Shown here: positions 40,993 to 55,138 of the stretch, one piece after another
How the letters are laid out: each line of letters starts with the position of its first letter
Position numbering within the stretch: the stretch's first letter is position 1
Source of the DNA: Octopus vulgaris
Lineage: Eukaryota
Direction: 5' to 3'
Assembly (NCBI GenBank): GCA_951406725.2
Contig: OX597820.1
Coordinates: 50,282,001-50,346,000, forward strand
Length of the DNA: 64,000 nucleotides
Notes under the pieces: model-generated
What the model saw: the letters and a program-made list of their open reading frames with translations, nothing else
Told to the model about the DNA's origin: nothing
Database searches by the model: none
Translations under genes and position numbers: made by a program

Positions 40993-41070
40993 GAGTGTTC
41001 ACGAAAAAAAGACAAAAGACGAAGACAGGTGGTGTACAAATCAAGCAGATGTATTAGTATAACGCTCAGG

Positions 41071-41128
<58 letters not shown>

Positions 41129-41151
41129 TTATATATATATACATATATAGG

Positions 41152-41246
<95 letters not shown>

Positions 41247-41294
41247 TCTCTCTAATTCTTTTTCGTTTCTCCTACCTCTTTCTCTGTCTCCGCC

Positions 41295-41355
<61 letters not shown>

Positions 41356-41918
41356 GCAGAGACAGAGAAAGAGGTAGAGAGAAACGAAAAAGAATTAGAG
41401 AGACGATAAGCACAATCACATAACCAAAACACAACACATCTTGTCACCAAATATATCATTAATTAATTACCTTCAAACATTATAAATTGCCATTCTATGT
41501 TATTTCATGACTTCATATACACCTTCAATTACGCCGAGATTAATATCAATATTAGGCTAAGTATTAAAGGAGAATGAATTCTATTCAAAGAGAAAGGAAT
41601 GTTTTCTGAGATATATTGTTTCCTTGTTTTACAAGTTTTATATATTTAAATCTAGGATGTTATTAATTGTAATTCCTTTGTGGCATTTTTGCATTTCCTA
41701 CATATTGGAGGTCAGTTTAAATGATTACTTATTAATGGAAACTAATTAATTAAGGTAAAATAGAAAATGTTAAATTGCAATGAAATGCTATGTATATAAT
41801 AGCTGTAATATATATAGCACCATCTACATTTTCATAATATTTAATACAAGAGAAACTCTGTTTGACATCTGCATCAATTTTACATGCGATAACAGATATT
41901 CAGCAAAACTCCGCATGT

Positions 41919-42220
41919 GGTAGCACATGGCCTAGTGGTTAGAGCAGCGGACTCACGGTCAAGGGATTGCAGGTTCGAATCTCAGAACAGACGAGGTGTG
42001 TGTTTATGAGTGAAACACCTAAGCCCCACGTAGCTCCAGCAGAAGGTAATGGCGAAACTTCTGCTGATTCTTTCGCCACAAATTTCTCTCACTCTTTCCT
42101 CTTGCATCTTGCAGCTCACCTGCGACGGACCGGCGTCCCGTCCTGGTGGGGAACCTATACGCCAAGGAAACCGGGAAACCGGCCCTTATGAGCCAGGCAT
42201 GGCTCGAGAAGGAACAAACA
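41919..42220 (+). mobile_element. Full-length tRNA-derived SINE (family D) with 14-bp TSD
   Basis: A box TGGCCTAGTGG, B box GGTTCGAATC, tail aacaaaca. TSD aaaactccgcatgt at 41905-41918 and 42221-42234. Confidence 0.92.
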
Positions 42221-43181
42221 AAAACTCCGCATGTCAGCAATGCCCGAGCAAAAATAAATGCGTATTAAAAGATTTCGTTGCAATGGGGCATCTCGGAAAA
42301 GCCCGATTGACAGTTCTTTTGTGACAGTTGACTTTGTTTCGAATTAGTACATCCCGATAGTAACACAACAGGGGCAGCTTATCACTCTCAAAGCTTACGC
42401 TCTATAGATTTGTGCAAACGGAGAACATTTATCAACTCTATTAAATCGGCTGAGCTTTTGCAAACATTGCAGATAGTATAGCCCATGTTTGGCAAAGAAC
42501 TAGAGTTTCATCAAAGAAATGAACTGTGAAAAGAATAGCTTGGCAAAGAGTGACATCTGCTAACTGACCTTTTAATGCTCATCTACGCACCATAATCCAA
42601 TGCATGCCACGCCCATGTAGAGACTTTAGCAGGATATAGACAGCCTGAATAGTCGGACGAATATTTTCTCCTAGTGAAAATGCAAACGTTATAATCTACT
42701 ATGGGAGGTCTTACACAGATTGTGTAGTGCACTTGTCGTTTGTAATGTATTATTTGTTTGCGATATCTCCTGGCTAATTAAATACGGATTACTATTGTGT
42801 TTTACGTTCTGTAGTTAATTCCCATGAACTACTTAAAGACAAATCAAGTTCAGGTTTCAATAAAATGGACATGAACATTCTCCAGAGAATTTTTGGCCTT
42901 GTGTTTATATTAGACATTACAGATCGTGGGGTATCAGTATCGTTAGTGTGTCGGACAAAAGAACTTTTGATATGTAGAAATGGTGATGTGTTGGCAGAAC
43001 TTTTGGAACGCCGGAGAATCTCCACTGCGTTATTTATTCCAGTCCTTGACGTTCAAAACACGCTGAGGTCTAAATTGTCTTACATATCAATGGTATCGAT
43101 AATAATAAAGTATTCCTCATACAATGACGCTAACAACACCCCAACCCTCAAACTTGCTAGCCTTTTACATAACACAGAAAC

Positions 43182-43215
<34 letters not shown>

Positions 43216-43317
43216 GCATTCATTCTTTCGGGAGTCGATAAATTTAGCACATAGGGTCGATCTAACCGACTGGCCCACTCCCTCAAAATTTCAGGCCTTG
43301 TGCCAATTGTAGAAAGG

Positions 43318-43399
<82 letters not shown>

Positions 43400-43424
43400 T
43401 TTTATAATTATTGTTATGATGAAA

Positions 43425-43870
43425 GCAGAATCGTTAACACGCTGGAGGAATTGCTTCGCGGTATTTCGCCCGTCAAAGGCGGCGAGCTGGCAGAAACGTT
43501 AGCACGCCGGACGAAATGCTTAGCGGTATTTCGTCTGCGTTACGTTGTGAGTTCGAATTCCGCCGAGGTCGACTTTACCTTTCATCCTTTCGGGGTCGAT
43601 AAATTAAGTACCAGTTACACACTGGGGTCGATGTAATCGACTTAATACCTATGACTGTCCTTGTTTGTCCCCTCTGTGTTTAGCCCCTTGTGGGTAATAA
43701 AGAAATAGGTATTTCGCCCGTCATTACGTTCTGAGGTCAAATTCCACCGAGGTCGGCTTTACCTTTCATCCTTTCGCGGTCAATATATTAAGTACTAGTC
43801 AAGAACTGGGATCGATTCAATCGACTTGACCCCTTCCCACAAATGTCAGGCTTTGTATCTATAGTAGAAA
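43425..43870 (+). mobile_element. SINE family A host copy containing a young full-length family A insertion (43476-43707)
   Basis: 16-bp duplication ggtatttcgcccgtca at 43460-43475 and 43708-43723 flanks the inner element. Confidence 0.9.
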
Positions 43871-44634
43871 GGATGATTATTATTATTATGCCCCCGATTT
43901 GGCAGAATTGGTGGCGCATTCGACATAAGTTATTGCAGCAATTCTCGCTACCGTCAGGTGAAATTGTGCCTAGGCAAACTTTGCAATTCATCGTCTCGGA
44001 GTTCATAAAATGCGTGCCAGTTCAGCACTGGGGTCGATATAATCGATTTACTGCCTCTCCTCGAAGTAAATTTGCTTGTGCTATTGGCCTTTTGATATTG
44101 TCCTCAATTTTCAGGGCCCTTGTGGCCAATAAAAAAAATCACCATCATCATCATCATCGTTATTGTTGTTGTTGTTTTTGTTGTTATTATAGCTGCTATT
44201 GTTGTTGTTGTTATCATGCTTTCAACTGTTTTATGCCAGTTTCTGAAGAAGTATTGTTGCACCATTAATTTTCTGAGGTCTGTGCATCATTATCCATTGG
44301 TAATGTAGAATTGTGTTTATGTACTACTTAAGTTTCATTGTATTAAAGGATTTGTTTTGATGTCTTTTCGTATTATTTACGTGTTTCGGCTGTGTCTGCT
44401 TTGCGGTTTATGTTATAGTATTGGGTGATAGCTTTGCAGAATGAGAGTTGTTGGTGTTATAGTGTCTGGTATCGATTACGTAAGAATATATTCTGTGTTG
44501 TTTTATTGGTTGGTGAATGAGTAGAACAAGAGCGGTATTATATTGTTTGGTCGATGTTGATTCTTTAGTGTGTGTATTGTGTGGGTTGTAGTTATTTGGG
44601 TATTTTATTCGGTAGGTATATAACAACAGAAACA

Positions 44635-44892
<258 letters not shown>

Positions 44893-46969
44893 GAAAGAAC
44901 TGCGTTAAAAACGGTCAGGCCCGAATGCATATTACACAATGACAATGAAAGAACAATTGATTCCATCTTTTCCCGACCTTTTATCAGCACGACGAAACAA
45001 TATGACCTCGTCATTTCTGGCTGAACAGCCTTTGCAAATTCAGACTATTATACACAGACACGATCAAATTAGTAGCTTTGTCTACAGGGTAATGCCCGAA
45101 TTTTCGACGTGTTAACAGAGAAGATGCTGTTTATATAACAAGCATGGTATATGACAACGATTTGGCTACGTTAATTTAGGAGGTGAGTATCTTTTATATT
45201 GAAAGGTTTTATTCAAGTTAACTATTAGCTGTCGAAGCCGTATGTGAAATAAAATTTCATACTAAGCTTATCTTATGCATCCTGAAAAAAATCTATATTA
45301 AAAAAGTAAAAATAGTGAATTTGTAAATAAGCATTACTATTTTAACATTTCATTTATTGTTTTCGAAATTGTATGACTACTAGGTTTTAAAGGTAGATGT
45401 AATTATATTAAAGCAGTGTTTACACGTAGTGATAAGGAATATAAAAACGTCGTTTTAAAGTCTGGAAGAAGTTAAAAAGATAAGTTTTAAATAAAATCTA
45501 GAAACACATTTCCTTGTAAAGTCATTTTTTCCCTAAGCGCTTCTTAAAATCTTAAGTTTTCAGTGAGGAATTTCATAAACTGTAGCCTTTACACTGTAGG
45601 CTTTACACAGTTCTGACAGAGAAGCAGATCAAGATAAAATTATAAGATACATTCAATGAAGATGAATACGAGTGTCGTTGCATACTAATAAGTACCTTAG
45701 TAAATTTATGCATTGCACAATGTGGTATAAGAAATCAAATTAAATTCCAAGTTATGATAAACAACATGAACGAAATATAAACCTACCACACCATTTTGTA
45801 CCGTTCTATCCACAAATACGAACGTTCGATATTCGATACAACCAGTTCTTCAAACTGGTATCTTCCAGTTACGAAAAAATATATATATATAAAGTGAACA
45901 TTTTTGCACAACACCATATTTATTTCAATTTTCGGCACAACGCCAGCAATTTAGTACTTATATTTTTGACCCTGAAAGGATGAAAGGTAAAGCCGATCAT
46001 GGAGGCTTTTGAATTCAGAACGTAAATCTGGAAGAAATGCCGTTATGCATTTTAACCGGCGTGCTAACTATTGTACCATCTCGCAAGCCTTGAAACTTCT
46101 ACAAGACTCATCAGCCTATATTATTTCACATACAACATATATTCTACGGAAATTGTTCTCAAGCTTTTGTTGATCAGTGTATCCGGTGCTGGAGTAACAT
46201 TTTACGAGTACCTGTATGAGCGATTTGCAATAAAAAATTAAGATATATAGAGTATATCATTTTAATGAAACAGCTAATTTGGCACAGTGATTTATTATAA
46301 TATGACCGTATAGTAACCTCTTCAACAAATGACTCATTATGAATATTTGTACGGAGTTGTGACACCTATGTTAAATTTTTATGGAAATTCCTAAAGAAGC
46401 CAATGATTTATATAACAAAATTATAGTGAATCATGACGCATTATTAGTCACTTCTCAGCTTACTGATAACAGAATACCCTATTCCTTTTCTAATTTCGAT
46501 GAATAGTTCTACGAAATAATGTTTAGAATAAAGTATTAAAACAGGTTTAAAATATTTCACATTTTCAGCAAAAATTTCAAGTCCTATAATAACTCGCTGC
46601 CCACCCCCACTACGAAGCACCTCCTTGATGTTTATTGCCAACTTCTGAGCTTACACAACCCCACAGAGGAATCTACCACCCAGAGTTAAAGCACTGCTAC
46701 TAAACACAAGCATCACTCACACTATGACACGAAATGCAATTATACAAGACATACGAAACACAGTCTTCACACAATGAAATACCAGAAATCACTTTGAAGA
46801 TGAAACACTGAAGTAACACAACTACCACAACAAAACCCTACAACAAATCAAAATATATGTAGCAAAACAACAGAAATATACACAGAAAGACAGTATTACA
46901 TACACCTGAGGGACGCTGTGTGCACCTGATGGTACACTAGGAATTCGCGAGAAAATGTTGTAAACATGA

Positions 46970-47078
46970 TGGTGTTGTTGTTGTTTTGCATCTTGGTGAT
47001 GATGACGATGATGATGATGATGTGATGTTTCTGATGAAGATGGTGATGTTGAGGATAATGATAATAATAATAATGATG

Positions 47079-47133
<55 letters not shown>

Positions 47134-47435
47134 TAATAATAATAATAATGATGATGATGACGATAATAATAATAATAATAATAACAATAATAATAATAAT
47201 AATAATAAATAGAAGACAACGACGACGACGACGAAGTAGAAGAAGGTAAAGAGAAAGAAAAAGAAGAGGAGGAGGAGGAGGAAGAAGAAGAAGATTAAGT
47301 GGGACAAGTAGAAGAAGAAGAAGAAGAAAAAGAAGAAAAAGAAGGTTAATAGTGATTTATTTAAGAAAAATATTGACATTAATGTCGACGATGATGGTGA
47401 TGATAATGATGATAGCGATGACGATGATGATGATT
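46970..47435. repeat. Compound (GAT)(AAT)(GAA) triplet repeat
   Basis: Direct reading. Confidence 0.95.
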
Positions 47436-48599
47436 ACTCATGGCGAATGTCGAGAGTGATGCCGATGAAAGAGAAGAAATAAGTCGGAAACGAAGAAATG
47501 CTAGTAGGAAAATGAGAAATCCAAAACAAACAAAAATATAAACAAAACATACAAATAAACAAACAAACAAACAGACAATAAATAAATAAATAAATAAATA
47601 AATAAGAGAAAGAAAACCTGATTCAGAATCAGAAGGGAAAATAAAAACCAAACATACTGATCAAAGAGTTTGCAAACTCTATTTACTTTGTTCTTTCTTT
47701 TTCTGATATTCCTTATTTCATTAAGGAATAAAAGAGAAATGAAAAGAAAGACAAAAACGGTTGGAATAAGAAAACGAATGAAAACAAAGAGACATTGGAA
47801 ATGAAATCAAAGGAGGTGGTATCTCAGCAAAAAGCATCAAGCCGTGAGTTGATCAGAGGAAACGGATTCCATCTGTATTTTACCGCCGAATTTACCGTCA
47901 TTAATTGAAACGGAGGTAACACAGATGGGGATGTAAGGTTACAGGAATTGCGGTGGTGATGGTGCTATAATAGTTGCTGTTGTTGGTGTTTGTATTAGTG
48001 GTGGTGGTGTTGGAGAGAGGTGTTGGTGTGTTAGTGAGGTCGTTAAAGGTGCTTTCAGTGTTATTAGTCGCTGCCGTGTGTCGATGGTTTTGATTTTGTT
48101 AGTCTTGATGTTGGTATATGTTTCAAGATGTCGGCGGTGATGATTGAGTAATGTGCTGTCGGAGTTAGTATAATATTGGCGATATTTTTGTTGTTTTTAC
48201 TTGTTTAAACAGAACTCGGTCCTCATTGGGAGAACTTAGAATCAAATGCATTCCAGCCGTGACCATTCCATCTTCGTAAAGACCAAAATAATTCCTACTA
48301 CATTATCTAATGTGTCTTTTTAAAACATCGGTGTGTGCTTTGAGAAAGATTTGACTGATTTTTCTGTGATAGATTTGTAAAGAGACTTGTAGCCTGAAAC
48401 TGTTCTGTGATTTAGAGATAAGATAATGTGGGTTAATGAAGTAAAGCATTATCCTTTCAAGAAAATTGAGGGTGTGTATAAAAAGGTAACAAGTCTCTGT
48501 AAGCTTACTAAAATCTTTTTTTTTTTTTGTGGGTGGGGGTGTCTAAAACTGATATAACCTTGCCTAGCTTTCGGATTATAGGAATTTGACAGTAGTTGT

Positions 48600-49400
48600 A
48601 CATGCTGCTAATTTCAGTGATTCATTAAGTTCCTGGGTATTTAGGTGAATCTGTGATTTTTTTTAATGGAGATTTACTGTTGTTAAATTCTTCATGTACC
48701 GCGGAAGGCAGTGTTTTAGGATGTAATTGTAGTTAAGCCTAGGATGTGTACTTAAATGTTTGGATCGTTTCTTCATGCTGGCCCTTGGATGTGAAGCATG
48801 CTGGAGTTGTAAACTGCGCATCTTATGTCAAGACGTTTTCTGATTTAAGGGCTTTTGTTTTAGTGGATAGATGATGTGAGTAAAAGCCATTTGTAATATA
48901 GTGCATAGTTTTGTATAATCTTAGTACTTTGCTTGTCTGACACAAGCAAATGGTCCTGATCTTTCTCGTATTAGAAGGTATGCACTATCTACATTTTTGT
49001 TTGGTTTTAATAGAATGATTTTCTCGAGATTTCGGATAAGTTTTTAAAACTATTGTTCTTGTACACTGTAGCGGCTTGCAGGCAATTTACACTGGAGATT
49101 GCATAATATTGCACAGCAGGTATGTTACTTAAAATTGTTGTTATGAAATGGAGGGTATCATGACTGTTAATTCTTTCGGTAGTTGTGCCAAAATAATATA
49201 ACTTAAAGCTAGTTATTGTGTTGAAGTTGTACATTCACTTTTACTATTTTCCTTGTTTTTTGTTTTAAATTCTATTCAGTATATTATTTTTTTGCTATAT
49301 TATATTTAGTCGTTTCCTGCTGGGTTATATGTCGGTTGCGGTATATTATTTATAAGGCTGTCTGTAGTTTTTATGATGTTGGATATTTCTCATGAAATAT
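48600..49400 (-). mobile_element. Very decayed non-LTR RT remnant (possibly continuing at 51460-52100)
   Basis: Minus-strand fragments resembling K.I.LLKPNK..RTICL...SKVL, and PLTIGIP near 52080. Many stops and frameshifts. Confidence 0.3.
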
Positions 49401-49657
49401 TGGGTGTATGCTTTTCAGATGCCATGTGATACTGTTAAATTCTGACAATCTTAATACTGTTGGTTGGAGGAAGAAATACCTTTGTGCTAATATGAAGTGT
49501 GTAAAAGTGGTTTTGCTGCCTTGAGTCATGTCTTTATGCAGAAAGGTGATACCCGACTAGTGATCCAAGGAGATTTAAACAATTGTTAAGGTGCATAAGT
49601 TAGTGAGGAACAGTCGTCTTAGTTAGCTTGTGCATGTGTGTGTTGGTGTGAATTGTA

Positions 49658-50048
49658 TACTCTTTTACTTGTTTCAGTAATTTGACTGCGGCCATGCTGG
49701 AGCACTGCTTTTAGTCGAACAAATCGACCCCAGGACTTATTCTTTGTACTTATTCTATCGGTCTCTTTTGCCGAACAGCTAAGTTACGGGGACGTAAACA
49801 CACAAGCATCGGTTGTCAAGCGATGTTGGGGGGGATAAAAACAGATACACAAACACACACATACATATATACATATACATATATATGATGGGCTTCTTTC
49901 ACTTTCCGTCTACCAAATCCACTCACAAGACTTTGGTCGGCCCGAAGCTATAGTAGAAGTCTCTTGCCCAAGGTGACACACAGTAGGACTGAACCCGGAA
50001 CCATGTAGTTGGTAAGCAAGCTACTTACAACACAGCCACTCCTGCGCC
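49658..50048 (-). mobile_element. SINE family B, full length, with internal microsatellite
   Basis: Head ggcgcaggagtggctgtg, CORE-like caccttgggcaag, internal (TA)/(TG) tract and tail aagtaaaagagta. Confidence 0.92.
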
Positions 50049-50160
50049 TATAGGATATAAAAGGAATAGGATATAAAAGGAATGTACATTAAATCACATC
50101 ACTTGTCTTGTTATCTACAATATTGATTTCAAATTTTGGTGCTAAGCTTGCAACACCAGG

Positions 50161-50546
50161 GGCTATTGACACACTTTCTGTGTCCTATCAGTATTTGAAA
50201 TGGAAGCTGTCCTCCCAATCGTCGACCTGACGTGATACGCACGGACCCGGGTTTCTGAATATTTACCCGTTGTCAGCGCACCATAATCACGGGCTTCGAT
50301 GCGAAGGGGTCCCAATGCTAATACATATATCCTTTTTCCAGTGACGAAAAGTCACTGATCTGGAAAAAGTGTAAACAAGCAATAATAAATCTCTGAACGA
50401 GGTATAAACAGTATAAATGACCGGTGATTATCGTGCGCTGACGACGGGTAAATATTAAGAAACCCGGGTCCGTGCGTATCACGTCAGGTCGAATGATGGT
50501 TTCCCTTTGCAAATACTGATAGGGCACATAAAGTGTGTCAATAGCC
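50161..50546. mobile_element. MITE / fold-back element with about 130-bp TIRs
   Basis: 50161-50293 is the reverse complement of 50421-50546 (ggctattgacacacttt..cgacctgacgtgatacgcacggacccgggtttct). No clear TSD. Confidence 0.8.
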
Positions 50547-50654
50547 AGCTGGAGAAGATGTTCTCCTGAGGTTACAAGCTACAGTAGCATCCACCCTTAG
50601 TAGTTAGCCACATTTAAGTGGCAAATAAACTCCCCCCCCCACACGCACTCACAC

Positions 50655-50698
<44 letters not shown>

Positions 50699-51158
50699 TG
50701 TTTTATTCATAATTTTAGACATTAAACTATCACCATGCTGTAATATCAGCTTGGAAGGATCAGTCTATGAAACTGACGTCGTTAAATATTTTGAATCCTG
50801 TAAAAAATCCCGACTGCTGCGTTATAGTGTTGCAAACAGAACATCGTTTGTTAGGTAGTGACAAATATACACAAACAAGCACACAATATATACATAGATT
50901 CACAGGCATAGGCCATTATACAAACACACACAAGAACGCACGCGTGCGCGCACATATGACTCACACAGCATTAGTCGGCTTGGGGTATATTTTTTATTCA
51001 TTTATATATTTCCTTTCAGTCATGCCACTGAGGTCATGCTGGGGCACCACTATATAGTAGATTATATTTGATTAAGATGCTACAGAGTGTGTCGAAACCC
51101 GAAAGCATGTAGTTATAACGTAAACGTCTTAACCAATCAGCCAACACTGTTCTATCTG

Positions 51159-51228
<70 letters not shown>

Positions 51229-51236
51229 CATCTATC

Positions 51237-51279
<43 letters not shown>

Positions 51280-52171
51280 ATATTCATCTATCTATCCGTC
51301 TATCTCTCTATCTCTCTATCTCTCTATCTATCTATCTATCTGTCTGTCTGTCTATCTATTTATCTACATATGTTCGTTATTTGAATGAGTTTTGTCTTGT
51401 TATTTATACTTACAAAGCTGACATTTCTCGTTAAGTGGTAGTACCCTATATATTTACAAATGCTGTTGACAATACTTGTTTTTCAATGCAAAGTCTTATC
51501 TATGTCATAACATCGTTGTTTTAAAAGGGCTTGCGTAGCGTTGTTTATGTATATTTAGGAAAACTTGATATGTGGTGTTACTGATGCAATTCGTTAGTTC
51601 TATAAAAGTGATTTTAATGCCTTTAAGTATTGTATGGACAGTTTATATATTTTTTATTTAATGTTTACAAATTTTCTTTCTTCTCCAAACCATTGATTGC
51701 TTCAGTATATTGGGTGTGCATCTTTGTTTCATAATTTTATCATAGCTGGTGTCGGTATTATTAATGTTGTAATACCTATTTTCTGGAATTTTATACACCT
51801 TGTTCTTTTAATGTTTCTGTGCGCACTTTAAAGGTGTTTTAGAGAAGTATTAGATTCGTATAGAATTGTAGCCAATGTCATTTTCTGATAATTTTCATAA
51901 GTTATGAAAGCTATCTCTCTTTGTTAAGAATACATATAACAGACGAAATTGTTGTGGAGACATTCCGAACTTTTTTGTATTTATATTCGGTGTGAGTTAA
52001 TTTTCTATGGTTAATTATTTGAAAACATTTGGGGTTTTATTTGATGAAAATTTAGCTGTAATTTCTTGGACATCGAGGAATACCAATAGTTAGGGGTTAA
52101 TGCAGTGATTGTGGTGCTGTTGGCGATAGTTGTGATGATTATGAGGTAATGAGGATGAAGATGACATGTTG

Positions 52172-52210
<39 letters not shown>

Positions 52211-52759
52211 CAATGATGGTAACGATAAATATGAGGGTATTGATGATGATGTCATAACGATGCCAATAATATTAGTTTGAAATGTTGGCACACGGCCAGC
52301 AATTTTGAGAGAGGGATTAAGTAGATTAGATCGCCCTCAGTGTTAAACTGGTATTTATTTTATCAACCCAACGAGGATGAAATGCAAAGTTGACTTCGGT
52401 GGAATTTGAACTCAGAACGGGAAGACGTATTAAATGCCTCGAAGCATTTTGACGAGTGTCCTAATGACACTGCCAGCTCGCCGCCTTCACGATGCCAAAG
52501 ATATTAAGATGCTGAAGATGACTCTATAACGCTCGTTTTCTGTTATTTTTTATTCCCTATTTAAATCTCATCGAGTAACCTCTGATTTGATACATTTCAG
52601 ATGTGACTATTAGGTGTAAGTTGAATTATCTTATTTAAGTTGTCCTAATCATATTAAATTTCGTAGTTTGTGTGTTTTAACAGAGATTTGGACGCTGTTC
52701 CTAACATTTCCGTGACCTTATTGACTCGCCTCTCTTTACTCATTACTTGCTGTAGTTGT

Positions 52760-53880
52760 TTGCAGTGTATTGTTGTTGTTGTTGTTTTTGGTGGTGGTGG
52801 TGGTGGTGGTGGACGTAAGTGATTGGCTGCGTTGTTGGAGGGTGATTATCATAGTGGTTGTAGCAGTGATGTAGATATGATAATGGTGGTTTTGGTAGTG
52901 GTCTCGGTGGTGAAGGACGCGGTTATGGTGGCATTGCTGATGTTAGCTGTGAAGTCAGTAGCTCTGAGGACTGCAGCAATTGTGGTGGTGTTGGTGTTAG
53001 AAGTGATTACGATAGTGGCGTTGGGGATGATATTATTGGTAGTGGTGTAATTATTGGCAGTAGAGGTGGGATGTCGGAGGTGTTTGTGGTGGTGGTGGTG
53101 GTGGTGGTCTTAGTAATAGAAGAGGATCCGATAGTGTTTTGTTCGTGGTTGACATCGTAGTATTGTTGGCGGTCAGTATGAGTGTGCTGGTGGGAGATGT
53201 GTTTGTGGTGTGGTCTCAATGGCTGTTCTTGAGGAGGTAATTATGGTGGCGTTGTTGGTACTGCTTGTGAAGGCCGTAGTATTTGTATATTTGTTACACT
53301 GGTCCGTGTAATGGTGTGGGTGTTGGTAGCTGGGCTGGTTGTGCTTGCAGAAGTGACTTCTATATAGTGGAAGTTGACCTCACGGAGATGGCTGTAATAA
53401 TGGTGAGGACGGAAACTGAAGTAATTATACAGGTGGAGGTGCTTATGGTGGTAGAATATCTGTTGCTGTTCGCGGTGGTGGCGTTAGTCGTGTTTGAGAT
53501 AATGGTAATGAGGAAGTCAATAATGATAAAGCTTAATGTTGCTCTGATAGTAGTGATAATTTACTGATGCTGATGTTGGAGATAATGGTGGTGGTGGTGG
53601 TGGTGGTGGTATAGTTGGTATTATTTTGACTGGTGGTGGTGGTGGTTCTGTTATTGGTTGTAGAGGCGATGGAAAAAGTGAGGTTGACAACATAGAACTT
53701 GGTGGTAATTATGAAGATGTCGGCGGTTGTAGCAGTAACTGTGAAGTTGCTGCGAGATGATAATTCGCAAAGTAATAGTTGGTGGCCAGCACTGGCGATG
53801 GTGGCAGCGGTATACACGTAGAGGTAATGGTGGCACACGTAGTAGTTGCGGTATCATTGGCAACCAGTGAGTGCAAAGTT
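52760..53880. repeat. Degenerate (GGT/GTT/GAT) triplet-derived low-complexity region
   Basis: Triplet periodicity, with stops in all frames. Confidence 0.8.
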
Positions 53881-54629
53881 GGCCTGGGCAACATAATTTG
53901 ATTAAACTGAAATACAAAAGAAGTATAAGGAAAAAAAAAAGGAGAAAAAAATAGATAAAAAGAAACGAAACGGCAATCACATTTCAAACACACAGGAAAT
54001 GAATAAAATAAAATAAATATATTGAAAGAGGATGCAACATTTCAATGTAACATACTTTAACTGATCACGGGCAGATGGCTAAGTAGAAATAAAAAAAAGA
54101 AATACACAGTCACGCAGAAAAACATATATCACCCCTCCCCAACAAATGAAAAAGAATATAAGCAAACAAACAAATGTAAATATAAATTAGAAAGCTATTC
54201 TTTGAAAAAACTCGAAGTTAACCTTTAAAAATATATTGTTAAGACAAGCATTTCTTCAGCTTTTTGGTTCAGCCAGTCAGATGTAATTTTAATGATATTT
54301 TGTGAAAGTGACAGAATGTTGAAAACAACATCATCATCATCATCGTCATCAACATGACCATGACCAACAACAACAATGATGGCGATACTGATAAAAGTAT
54401 TAACGATGATTATGATTATCTTGACTAAGATGATGATCAATGATGATGACGGTGGTGGTGGTGGTGGTGGTGGTGATGGTGATGGTGGTGGTGATGATGA
54501 TTATGATGATGTCGGTGGTGATGACGCCAGCTATTTCTTTATTTGCAACGAGGGTTATACAGATATAAAATATTTAAATAAACGAGTGAAGAAAAATATA
54601 GCTTAGTAAGAATGAAATAAAGTTTCATG

Positions 54630-54705
<76 letters not shown>

Positions 54706-54730
54706 GTGTGTGTGTGCATGTGAGCAGTTA

Positions 54731-54950
54731 TACTCTTTACTCTTTTTTATTCTTTTACTCGTTTCAATTATTTGACTGCGGCCATGCTGAAACACCGCCT
54801 TTCGTCGAGCAAATGGACCCGAGGACTTATTCTTTGTAAGCCTAGTACTTATTCTGTCGGTCTCTTTTGCCGAACCGCTAATTTACGGGTACGCAAACAT
54901 ACCACCATCGTGTTGTCAAGCGATGTCGGCGGACAGACACACAAATATAT

Positions 54951-54983
<33 letters not shown>

Positions 54984-55138
54984 CGATGGGCTTCTTTCAG
55001 TTTCCGTCTACCAAGTCCACTCACAAGGCTTTGGTCGGCCCGAGGCTATAGCAGAAGACACTTGCTCAAGGTGCCACGCAGTGGGACTGAACCCGGAACC
55101 ATGTGGTTGGTAAGCAAGCTACTTACCAAAGAGCCACT
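54731..55138 (-). mobile_element. SINE family B, near full length
   Basis: Colinear with 49658-50048. Confidence 0.92.

Noticed and set aside
41919-41990. tRNA gene (also 9845-9910 and 62768-62835)
   Set aside because: A and B boxes are present, but there is no closed acceptor stem and the sequence continues into a SINE body or repeat tail.
42792-43025. 77-aa minus-strand ORF as neuropeptide-precursor or host exon
   Set aside because: In-frame stop just upstream, no good acceptor, no signal peptide and no recognisable motif.
52823-53980. Gly/Val-rich structural protein gene
   Set aside because: Stops in all frames; degenerate triplet repeat.
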